Shown: positions 34,866 through 42,862 of the stretch, piece after piece
Layout: each line of letters begins with the position of its first letter
How positions within the stretch are numbered: the first letter of the stretch is position 1
From: Planctomycetales bacterium
GTDB lineage: Bacteria; Planctomycetota; Planctomycetia; Pirellulales; JAGQOS01
Assembly: GCA_020427265.1 (NCBI GenBank)
Contig: JAGQOS010000001.1
Location: 1-44,891 of the forward strand
Direction of reading: 5' to 3'
Length of the DNA stretch: 44,891 nucleotides
Made by a program: the position numbers and the translations under genes
Notes under the pieces: generated by a model
Seen by the model: the letters and a program-made list of their open reading frames with translations, nothing else
Told to the model about the DNA's origin: nothing
The model's database searches: none

Positions 34866-36059
34866 ATGACTTCCTTACGATCGATACGCCAATTCCTTTT
34901 CGTGGCGCTCGCCGCGCTCGTGCTGCCGACGCTCGCTTTTGTGACCTCGGCTAACGCCGCCGACAGCGATGAGAGTTCGAAGCTGGCCGACGCCATGCAA
35001 TCGCTAGCTCGGGAAGTCGCCCAGTTTGTCGAGAACGAAAAAGAGACGGGTGGTCAGATTCGCATCAAGAATTTCGACGGTCCTTCGAGCGGCGGCGCTC
35101 GCATCGTCAAGCTCCTGAAAGAGTCGTTGGGAAAGATGGACGACAAGGTAAAGATGGTCGACATCGGCGGCTACACAGTGTCGGGCGAGTTCATGGGCGA
35201 CAAGCGCGACGACCAATACGTCGCCATTATCGAAGCCAAAATCAAGAACAACTCGGGCAACACGGTGCATAATCTGCGCAAGAAGATCGTCACGAATATC
35301 GAAGAGGGCCTGTCGCTGTTCGGGCCCAGTAGTGTCGATCTCTCGGAATCGAGTTCCAGCAAAACAACAGCTGACAGCTCCAAGCCGGACGCTAAGAAGC
35401 CGGAAGAAAAGCCGCTGACCGATTCGTCAGCCGTCGCCAGCAAAGTTGATGCCAGTATCAGCAAGCCCAACGTTTTTGTTCAGAATAATGTCGCGATGCT
35501 TTCGGACAAAAGCCCGTACGGAATCGAACTTCTGATCAAGGAGGAATCGGGATATGTGGCTTGCCCCGTCGAGTCGTCGGCTCTGGCCGCTGGCTTCGCC
35601 AAGGTGCACGTCGATCCGCAAAAGGTTTTCGCCATCCGCGTTTACAACCATAGCGATCGTCCGGTGGGTCTGTCGCTGGCAATCGACGGCATCAATGTTT
35701 TCGCCTTCAGCAAGAACGACTATTACCGCCAGCTCGGCAAGATGGTGATCTATCCCGGCAAGTCGACAATCCTCGGCTGGCACTTTGACGGGCCGATCAG
35801 CCACGAGTTTCTCGTCACGCATTATGGCGACAGCGCTGCCGCCCGCCTCGGGGCGACCGAAGGCCTGGGCATGGTGACAGGCACTTTCTTCGAACTGTTG
35901 CCCCCACGACGCGGTAAAGATGATTTGGGAATCGGCTTCGGTAAAGAAACGGTGATGGAATACCAGAATGTACCGGCCTATTTCGGCAAGCCGCTCGGCG
36001 CCGTGAGCATTCGCTACGAACGGCCGGATCACCCAGTCGATCTTCCGCCGATCAACTGA
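34866..36059 (+). CDS. Secreted protein of unknown function (two-domain, Ser/Lys-rich linker)
   Basis: The ATG at 34866 gives the signal peptide 'MTSLRSIRQFLFVALAALVLPTLAFVTSANAAD'. The N-terminal alpha/beta module and the C-terminal beta-rich module ('VFAIRVYNHSDRPVGLSLAIDGINVFAF...MVIYPGKSTILGWHF') are separated by 'SESSSSKTTADSSKPDAKKPEEKP'. The gene starts 55 nt after the preceding gene. The upstream part of the listed ORF overlaps that gene. Confidence 0.7.
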   Translation: MTSLRSIRQFLFVALAALVLPTLAFVTSANAADSDESSKLADAMQSLAREVAQFVENEKETGGQIRIKNFDGPSSGGARIVKLLKESLGKMDDKVKMVDIGGYTVSGEFMGDKRDDQYVAIIEAKIKNNSGNTVHNLRKKIVTNIEEGLSLFGPSSVDLSESSSSKTTADSSKPDAKKPEEKPLTDSSAVASKVDASISKPNVFVQNNVAMLSDKSPYGIELLIKEESGYVACPVESSALAAGFAKVHVDPQKVFAIRVYNHSDRPVGLSLAIDGINVFAFSKNDYYRQLGKMVIYPGKSTILGWHFDGPISHEFLVTHYGDSAAARLGATEGLGMVTGTFFELLPPRRGKDDLGIGFGKETVMEYQNVPAYFGKPLGAVSIRYERPDHPVDLPPIN

Positions 36060-36421
36060 GAGTCATCGCGCCGGTCGACGCTCGGTTACCGATTGTTGAT
36101 GCGGGCGCAGTTCCCGGACGAGCTCGAGCGCCGAACTGATATCCGCAAATCACATTCATTTGGGCATCGGGCGAATCGGGCGAGTGCCAGGGAGCCGAGG
36201 CGAATTTAATCAAGCATTGCGCGGCAGGTGTCTGAGCCGGCGCTTGGTTATCGACGTTCCTTTCGAAAACTGGAGCGGGAACACTATTTATGCTGCCGAC
36301 TGTGGAATGATGACATCGTCGTCCCATGAATTTGCCATGTTCTAGTGCATCCGTCTTTCATTTGTCGCCACGCACATTCCTCAGCAACTATCGACGCATT
36401 AAATCCGATGGTCGCAATTTG

Positions 36422-39400
36422 TTAGATCGCCGCGCCGATCCTCTCGAAAATCTCGTCAACGAGTGCTTCGCGATGCGTGGTCAACTCGACGGTTACGATT
36501 GTGTCCTTCGTCGACAGACTGCCAAATTCAGCCGGTGCGATTGGCGTTCCCTTACTAGGTTGTGCAGGCAAGGCGATGGCCGGTAGACGCTTATTGGCCA
36601 CGGCAAGGGCCGGGGAGACCTGGACCGAAGGCGAACCGGAGGCTGTGAGCGCGGGAACCGTGATATACTCCAGCGCAAGAGGCTTTGGCTTGCTGGTCTT
36701 GCGGGGCACAACCTGAAGGTTATCAAATCGGTAGATCTGATCGGCGGTGGCGTTGCCCAAATTGGCGAAGCGGATCTGCGACAGTCCGGCGAGCGAGGTC
36801 GCCACACCCATTTGGTCCGTCGGCAAATCGTCGACGTAAACATCCGCCGTACCGAGTACCGTGTCGACGGCGACCGATAGTTTGTAGGTCGTATTCGCGG
36901 TAAGCAAACTCTTCGCCGGCAGCCAGGCGCTGTTGGCCGCGTTACGCAGAAAAAGGTACTTGAAGCGGAAGGCCAACTTCATCTTCCCGCCTGTTCCATC
37001 TTCGAGCGATAGTTGCAGGCTCCATTCCTGATTCACCTGCGCCGGCGTTGTGAACTCGGTTTCGAAGATAAACGAGTCTGAGATCGGCGAGTCGAACGTA
37101 GCCTGGATTTCGTCGTTCTCATTCGTTTGTGCCGCTCCTTCGACGTTTAGAGCCAGTTGGCCGCTGTTGATCGATCCGGTGAGAGTGCCGTCCTCGTCGA
37201 TATCAATGAGCGAGACACCGCCGAACGATCTCCAACTCGTGCCAAGCAGAATTTGCGCATTGAGGTCCGCGGCATCGAAGCCTGCACCAGTTACCGGCGG
37301 CGCGACAAAGGCAGGTGCACCGGACGCGAAGCGGACATCATCGAGTTGATATGCCAGGTCCTCTGCGGCATTGCCGAGATTGCGCAGACTCAAACGCGAT
37401 ACCTGGGCAAGCGTCGTTGTCAGCTTCACACTCTCGTTCTCATTCCAGTAGACCGTAACATCGCCACTGTCCGAGTCGATGACCACGGACAGCCTGTATT
37501 GCGTATTCGGCTGAAGCAGACTTGCGACCGGTTTCCATGCGCCGCTGTTTGAGCGGGCGAAGAGGTAGCGATAGCGGAAGGCGAAGTCGAGATTAGACGC
37601 GCCGCCATCGCCAAGCGAAATCTGAAGATTCCAATCCTGGTCCACTTGCGAAGCTGTTCGAACGAATGTTTCGAACGCAAACTCGCCGCTTGCGGGAACA
37701 TCCAGGTCGATCGCCAGCGTATCGTTCTCACCGCTGGTCGCCTCACCGAGCAGGTCTACCTCCAGCGCGCCGTCCAATTCGGCCGCGCGGATCGTACCGT
37801 CTTGGTCGGAATCGACAAACCCCAGCGCAGCGACTCGTTGGTCGCTCATGATATCCAACGCGAGGGCGCGTCCCGACTTCTCGACGACCGTTCCCTCGGC
37901 GCCGGCATGAAGCGGCGTGGAAAAGCTGCCCAGTCCATCGCTAGCGAAGAACGAATAGTAATGCGTGCCGACCGTCAGGCCACGGACGCCATCGCCGTTG
38001 TCCAATGCACTGGTTGCGATCCCTTCGTAGACGATCGTGCCATCATCGGCGTGTGCGGGGTATCCCTCCTCTTTACGAACAACTCGCGTTATGGGGCTCA
38101 AGGGGCTCGGCACCCAGGCAAGCGCCGCGGAACGAACCGACCCCAAGGCGATAGCCGTTGACGGCGCGTGTAGGGGAGCCAACATTGAGACGGTCGTTTC
38201 GGCTAAGGAAGGCGCGCCGAACGTATCTCGGACGCGAAGAACGATTGGCAAAGGTGTGTTCGGCTGGAGCAGCCCCGAGAGCATGCTCCAGGGAACCGTT
38301 ACCTCCGGACCAAAGAGTTCAAAACTTCCGTCGCCCTGTAAGTCCCATTCGTGACTTACAATCGAGTCGCCCAGAGCTTCATCGGGGTCGAATGAACCGA
38401 AACTGTTTAAATTCAGATCTTCGCCTGGAGCGACAAGATACGGCCCGCCAGGATTGGCAATTGGCGGCCGATTCTTTTCGACGAGCGGATCGACTGAGAT
38501 TGAAACAATCACTTCATTCGAGGTGAATGTGCCGTCGCTTACCTGGAAACTAAAACTGTCGGCGCCGATGTAATCGCTATTCGGCGAGTACAACACATTG
38601 GGAGGATCTCCACTGAGCGTCCCGTGCATCGGTTCTTGAGTGATTGTGAAGAGGAGCGGATCTCCATCGGCATCCGAGGCGTCGAGTTGGATCAGGACGG
38701 CCGAATTCTGAAGTGTCTTCACGAACTGAGGATTGGCGATCGGCGGCGATTGCGCCGGTTCAAGATCGAACACGCCGCCGGCCAGCGGCTCGAACAGCAC
38801 CGTATCGTCCGTCACCCGCAGAAATACGCCGCCGGAAAGGTTCATGTCCGCGTCGTAAACCGTGTTCGCCTTCCATCGATAGGGCGTTACGCCCGGCAGA
38901 GCGATGTCCTGCTCCTGATAACCAACACCGGCGAGCCGAATGCGGAATTGATAGTACTCGCTTGTCTGGAGAAAATCGTGTGGCACTTGGGGCTCGTCGC
39001 TGAACCGCAACTGGGAATTCGAGAGGAATTCGTGAATTTCTTGCGGTTCGTTGTAATAGAAGGGCCTTCGGTCGACCGAATCCGATCCGAACCGTTCGCC
39101 CCGGCCGAGGTCGGTGTCGACAATGACGACTTCGTCCGTGTTATCGATGAAATCGAGGGGATCGAAAATCGGCAGCCCTTCTTTGCCGTCGCGAACCAAC
39201 AGGGTCGCCTCGCCGCCTCGCTGGAGCACTACGTCCCAATGTTCAGGAAGTGCGATGATCTGCTGAACCCAATTGAAGTGTTCCACGCCCAGGGCAACTT
39301 CCGCCTCGGACATCGTGACTCCGCCCTGTCCAGGGTTGAAGTAGCCGTAGATCTTCGTACCATCGATTGCGAATTCAACCGAACCATCGAGCACTTCACT

Positions 39401-41203
39401 GGGAGAACTGAGCGGCATGACCATCACGTTGTTGTGCTCGTTCGACTCGATGATGTCGTTGTACGGATCGACGACGTAGAGGATGTGCGTTGCTTCGGCG
39501 GGCGGTTTTCCCCACCGCGCGGGTTCATTCAGGATTCCGTAGTATCCTTCGTCGCCCTTTCCGCTGAGGGCTTGAACGACAACCGGCTCACCGATGCGCG
39601 AGTCGTAGTCTGGCGCATCGGCCCAGTAAAAGGCTACCTTCACATCGTCGCGAGAATCAGCATCGTTCACCGCATAAGCAAAGTCGAGGCCGCGTAACGA
39701 ACTGTCGAACTCGCGGTCCAGGTTCCATTCCAGATAGTCGGGCTCCAGGTCTGGCAGTGGCAGCGCGAGGAGATTGTTGTCTTCATCCGCTTCTGCGATC
39801 AAGTCGTCCGGATCGATGATCACGAGAATATGCGTCACGCCTTCCGGAGGAATGCGCCCGGCGACCAGCGCGATGAACTCCCCATAGACCCCTTCGAACG
39901 TCGCGACATCCAGTTCACGCAACGGGGCGCCCACGATCGCCTCCCGGTCCGTGCCGGTCGCCCAATACACGGCGACCTTGGTGTCGCCTTCGAGCATTTC
40001 CGGAGAGTCGAGGAGTCGGGGGTGAATGACTTCGTAGGAGAAGGACACGCCCAGTTGATCATCCAGCCAGTTCGCATCCACAACACGCAGGTCCGAGTGC
40101 AACGACAGCGCCACGACGTTGTTTGTTTCCGAGCGTTCCGGCACGAGACTGAGCGGATCGGCGACCGCTAAGAGATAGTTGGCGCCGTCTGGCCGGCTGC
40201 CAAGCGTTTCCGCCGAGATGAGAATGTCTTCGTAATCGAAAGAGCCCTGGGGCACAGTCTGCGCATAAATCGGCGTGCCGATGGCCGAGGCAAGTTCGGT
40301 CCCCTCGGCCCAATAGAGGGCGACCGAGGCGTTTCGCGTCAGCGGCGCTTCGTAGACCGCATGCGACAAAGTGACCCCGCCGAAATCCTCGGGAGCAAGG
40401 GCCCAATCAAGACCGGTGATGGCCATGTCCGTCGCTAACGTCTCCAGCCCCACTCGTAAATGGGATTTCGATTGTAACGAACCGAAGGCCGCGCTGACGC
40501 TCCCCTCGGCGCTCGCGTGCCATGACAATTCAATCGTTTCTCCGAGTGCGACCTGAAACAGATCCGTATAGCTTGTGGTCGGTGAGACCGCGAGGGGGCT
40601 ATTCGTGGCGAACTCGTCGCTGCGGAAGTATCCGGGCGCCGACACCGAATAACTGGTTCGGGCGATCCCTTCCGACGAGGCTAGCACGGACAGGCGAATG
40701 TTGACGCGATTTCCCGGCGTATCGTTGGCATCGGCATGGACAACAAACGAGGCGGCCATGTCGTGAGTTGTTGAGGCCGCCGCACTGCGGAAGGTTGCAA
40801 AGGAAGGCCGGACGTCAATGTCCGCATAAGCGAAGCCCGCATACACGCCTCCTTCACCTTGGTCGGGATTCAAGTGAACGCGCCCGCCGGCGCTGGTACC
40901 GCCAACGAGGAGCAGGGGCTCGACATCAGCGGCCTGGCTGCTGTACGTGTAAAGGGACCCTGGAATATCGAAGGCACTCGCGTCATCGTGGCCAGTGAAC
41001 GTATCCACGGGATCATCGGGGAAGTACTTGTATTGCACTTCCGCGTCGGAAGCACCCCAGGCCAGATCCAACGTGGGAACAAGAAACGCGAGCACCCGTC
41101 GACATTCCAACTCTTCCAGTTCCAGGCGTGCCTTGCGTAACTGGCCACAACGACGCCGTAACGGCGATGCACCAGGGGAACAGAAACCTCGAACAATAGA
41201 CAT
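36422..41203 (-). CDS. Giant modular exported/surface protein (CARDB-like x3, cadherin/VCBS-like, PKD-like, two EF-hand plus LamG-like modules)
   Basis: The ATG at 41203 gives 'MSIVRGF...RKARLELEELECRRVLA', an N-terminal motif I recall seeing on many giant planctomycetal proteins. Three CARDB-like units end in 'ETNNVVAL', 'EDNNLLAL' and 'EHNNVMVM'. 'DASDADGDPLLFTITQEPMHGTLSG...YIGADSFSFQVSDG' is cadherin/VCBS-like. 'PIANPGGPY...SFDPD...HEWDLQGDGSFE' is PKD-like. Ca-binding-type loops are 'DSDQDGTIRAAEL' and 'DIDEDGTLTG'. Confidence 0.85.
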   Translation of the reverse strand: MSIVRGFCSPGASPLRRRCGQLRKARLELEELECRRVLAFLVPTLDLAWGASDAEVQYKYFPDDPVDTFTGHDDASAFDIPGSLYTYSSQAADVEPLLLVGGTSAGGRVHLNPDQGEGGVYAGFAYADIDVRPSFATFRSAAASTTHDMAASFVVHADANDTPGNRVNIRLSVLASSEGIARTSYSVSAPGYFRSDEFATNSPLAVSPTTSYTDLFQVALGETIELSWHASAEGSVSAAFGSLQSKSHLRVGLETLATDMAITGLDWALAPEDFGGVTLSHAVYEAPLTRNASVALYWAEGTELASAIGTPIYAQTVPQGSFDYEDILISAETLGSRPDGANYLLAVADPLSLVPERSETNNVVALSLHSDLRVVDANWLDDQLGVSFSYEVIHPRLLDSPEMLEGDTKVAVYWATGTDREAIVGAPLRELDVATFEGVYGEFIALVAGRIPPEGVTHILVIIDPDDLIAEADEDNNLLALPLPDLEPDYLEWNLDREFDSSLRGLDFAYAVNDADSRDDVKVAFYWADAPDYDSRIGEPVVVQALSGKGDEGYYGILNEPARWGKPPAEATHILYVVDPYNDIIESNEHNNVMVMPLSSPSEVLDGSVEFAIDGTKIYGYFNPGQGGVTMSEAEVALGVEHFNWVQQIIALPEHWDVVLQRGGEATLLVRDGKEGLPIFDPLDFIDNTDEVVIVDTDLGRGERFGSDSVDRRPFYYNEPQEIHEFLSNSQLRFSDEPQVPHDFLQTSEYYQFRIRLAGVGYQEQDIALPGVTPYRWKANTVYDADMNLSGGVFLRVTDDTVLFEPLAGGVFDLEPAQSPPIANPQFVKTLQNSAVLIQLDASDADGDPLLFTITQEPMHGTLSGDPPNVLYSPNSDYIGADSFSFQVSDGTFTSNEVIVSISVDPLVEKNRPPIANPGGPYLVAPGEDLNLNSFGSFDPDEALGDSIVSHEWDLQGDGSFELFGPEVTVPWSMLSGLLQPNTPLPIVLRVRDTFGAPSLAETTVSMLAPLHAPSTAIALGSVRSAALAWVPSPLSPITRVVRKEEGYPAHADDGTIVYEGIATSALDNGDGVRGLTVGTHYYSFFASDGLGSFSTPLHAGAEGTVVEKSGRALALDIMSDQRVAALGFVDSDQDGTIRAAELDGALEVDLLGEATSGENDTLAIDLDVPASGEFAFETFVRTASQVDQDWNLQISLGDGGASNLDFAFRYRYLFARSNSGAWKPVASLLQPNTQYRLSVVIDSDSGDVTVYWNENESVKLTTTLAQVSRLSLRNLGNAAEDLAYQLDDVRFASGAPAFVAPPVTGAGFDAADLNAQILLGTSWRSFGGVSLIDIDEDGTLTGSINSGQLALNVEGAAQTNENDEIQATFDSPISDSFIFETEFTTPAQVNQEWSLQLSLEDGTGGKMKLAFRFKYLFLRNAANSAWLPAKSLLTANTTYKLSVAVDTVLGTADVYVDDLPTDQMGVATSLAGLSQIRFANLGNATADQIYRFDNLQVVPRKTSKPKPLALEYITVPALTASGSPSVQVSPALAVANKRLPAIALPAQPSKGTPIAPAEFGSLSTKDTIVTVELTTHREALVDEIFERIGAAI
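36708..37845 (-). repeat. Tandem duplication of a ~205-aa EF-hand-loop plus LamG-like module inside the giant gene
   Basis: Copy A (~37325-37845) reads '...DSDQDGT...ENDTLAIDLDVPASGEFAFETFVRTASQVDQDWNLQISLGDGG...FAFRYRYLFARSNSGAWKPVASLLQPNTQYRLSVVID...RLSLRNLGNAAEDLAYQLDDVRF'. Copy B (~36708-37230) reads '...DIDEDGT...ENDEIQATFDSPISDSFIFETEFTTPAQVNQEWSLQLSLEDGT...LAFRFKYLFLRNAANSAWLPAKSLLTANTTYKLSVAVD...QIRFANLGNATADQIYRFDNLQV'. The offset between copies is ~617 nt. Confidence 0.75.
39412..40436 (-). repeat. Three tandem ~113-aa CARDB-like coding repeats inside the giant gene
   Basis: The units span 40100-40436, 39752-40099 and 39412-39751. They share the pattern '...V(A/K)(L/V/F)YWA.G......IG.P......THIL.V.DP...I.E..E.NN...L'. 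Confidence 0.7.
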
Positions 41204-42194
41204 GGGTGTTGCCTCACATGAGAAAGTATCGACTAAAGTTGCCCGCAGTCGTAGAAGGTCCCAAAGCCTGCAGCCGCTAGCACTTATCGACCGCGCTAGA
41301 TTCCGCACCGATGGTCAACGGAACGCGAAGACATCGCTCGAATCAGCGATAAAGAAGAGTTGGCGCGTCGCTAGCTGGATTGGCTAACCAGCCAAACCCA
41401 GGCGAGTTCCTGCAAATCGAAATCGAACTGCCGACGCAACCCAGGATCCATACCCAGGCGGATCCAAAACTCAGCGAGCCGACGATGCGTCGGGCTTTCA
41501 AGAAAGCCCCGCCGTGAACATCGAGAGCAGGCAATCTGCGACATGGTTGCTGTCACCTAAACGATGGCGAAGTCTTAGAGATTGTCACGGCCAATCGCCG
41601 AACCGTTAGGGCGACTCCCTGTTTTCCGCAGCGGACCGCCAGACGGGACAACTCAGAGCCATCAAAGAAAATTTATACATCCGCCATTTGCGAAGTCAAT
41701 ATGCGACTCACAAAATCGATGGGTTCACTCGGGATGAGCGGAAACGCATCGGACCGACTACCTTCCGAGTCGCCTCGATCGTAGCGGACATTCGTGCTTT
41801 TCATAGCGTGTCCCGATCCAGCACAGGGAGTATCCAGCATTTCAGTAATCTGCATCGACTCGGGAAGCTTCGGGCACTTTTGGCAGATGCCCGACGTCTA
41901 CCGGGTGAGCGCGACCAGTAGGCTTCGGGCCGGACGCGTACTTGCAGTTACTCTATGGGCAAGTCGCCGATGCAGATAATGGCGGCGCGTAAGTGATTCC
42001 GAAACCCACCGTGGCGAGTTCACCAGAGCAAGGAAAGTGTTCCCCTTTTGCCTTTCATTGCACTTTTCAAATTCGACTCTCTGATTCTGGCATCCCGATT
42101 GGGTGCATGCGGTCGCGTGACGACGCAAAGGGCGTGTCTATCAGATGTCCACGTCTGAAACACGTCTACGGCGACGAAGATCAGGACTTATGTC

Positions 42195-42629
42195 ATGAAC
42201 GCTCTCGGACCCAACCTTTTTGCGTCGACTTGCAGACGTTTGCCAACCCGCCCCGATGAGAACGCGCTTCACGTCAGCCTGATCGAGTTCCATTCAGGGT
42301 CGCACACGATTCACAGATACGATCTGGCTATGGAGTCGGCCAAAGCTCGCAACCTGGCCAACTTTCACGTCCACATGTTAGTGGAAACAGCCAAATCGCG
42401 AGCTCGGCTGGAATCTTGGGAGTGTTTCACGCACAATCAGGTAATAGCGTTTCGCGGTCTGGTAGTCGGAATCGGTTTTTCCGATTTGAGATGTGCTCTG
42501 GGCGAGTCAGTGGAAGGACTGTTTCTCCAAGATGCGTTCGACGACGAGCATCCGGGTGTGCTGTTCGAATCCGGCGCCGGACCGCTACATCACCTGAAAA
42601 CTTCCAAAGGTGTTTCCGATGCACAATAG
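42195..42629 (+). CDS. Hypothetical protein (weak call)
   Basis: A 144-aa ATG-initiated ORF in an otherwise ORF-poor stretch. It has no recognisable motif and no obvious RBS, and its codon usage is only moderately gene-like. Confidence 0.3.
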   Translation: MNALGPNLFASTCRRLPTRPDENALHVSLIEFHSGSHTIHRYDLAMESAKARNLANFHVHMLVETAKSRARLESWECFTHNQVIAFRGLVVGIGFSDLRCALGESVEGLFLQDAFDDEHPGVLFESGAGPLHHLKTSKGVSDAQ

Positions 42630-42862
42630 GCGCGCAAACTGGCCTTCATCAATCAACTAAATCGCCGGTACTTTACCAGACGTTCGTCTGCGGCGGCGAG
42701 ATCGGCCAAACGCCGATGAGCGAACCGGGGTCCGGCCGCGACCACAGCCCGACGGACTTCACCATATCGCATTCGGAATTCGTTTCTGGCGCGTAATTTC
42801 GCCGATCAGCTTTCTGAACGATATAGCACTCAGGCTTCAGTCTGTACTCCAACGAGTTGATC

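Noticed and set aside
38624-39697. 357-aa plus-strand ORF
   Set aside because: It lies antisense to the giant modular gene, whose CARDB and cadherin-like repeats define the coding strand.
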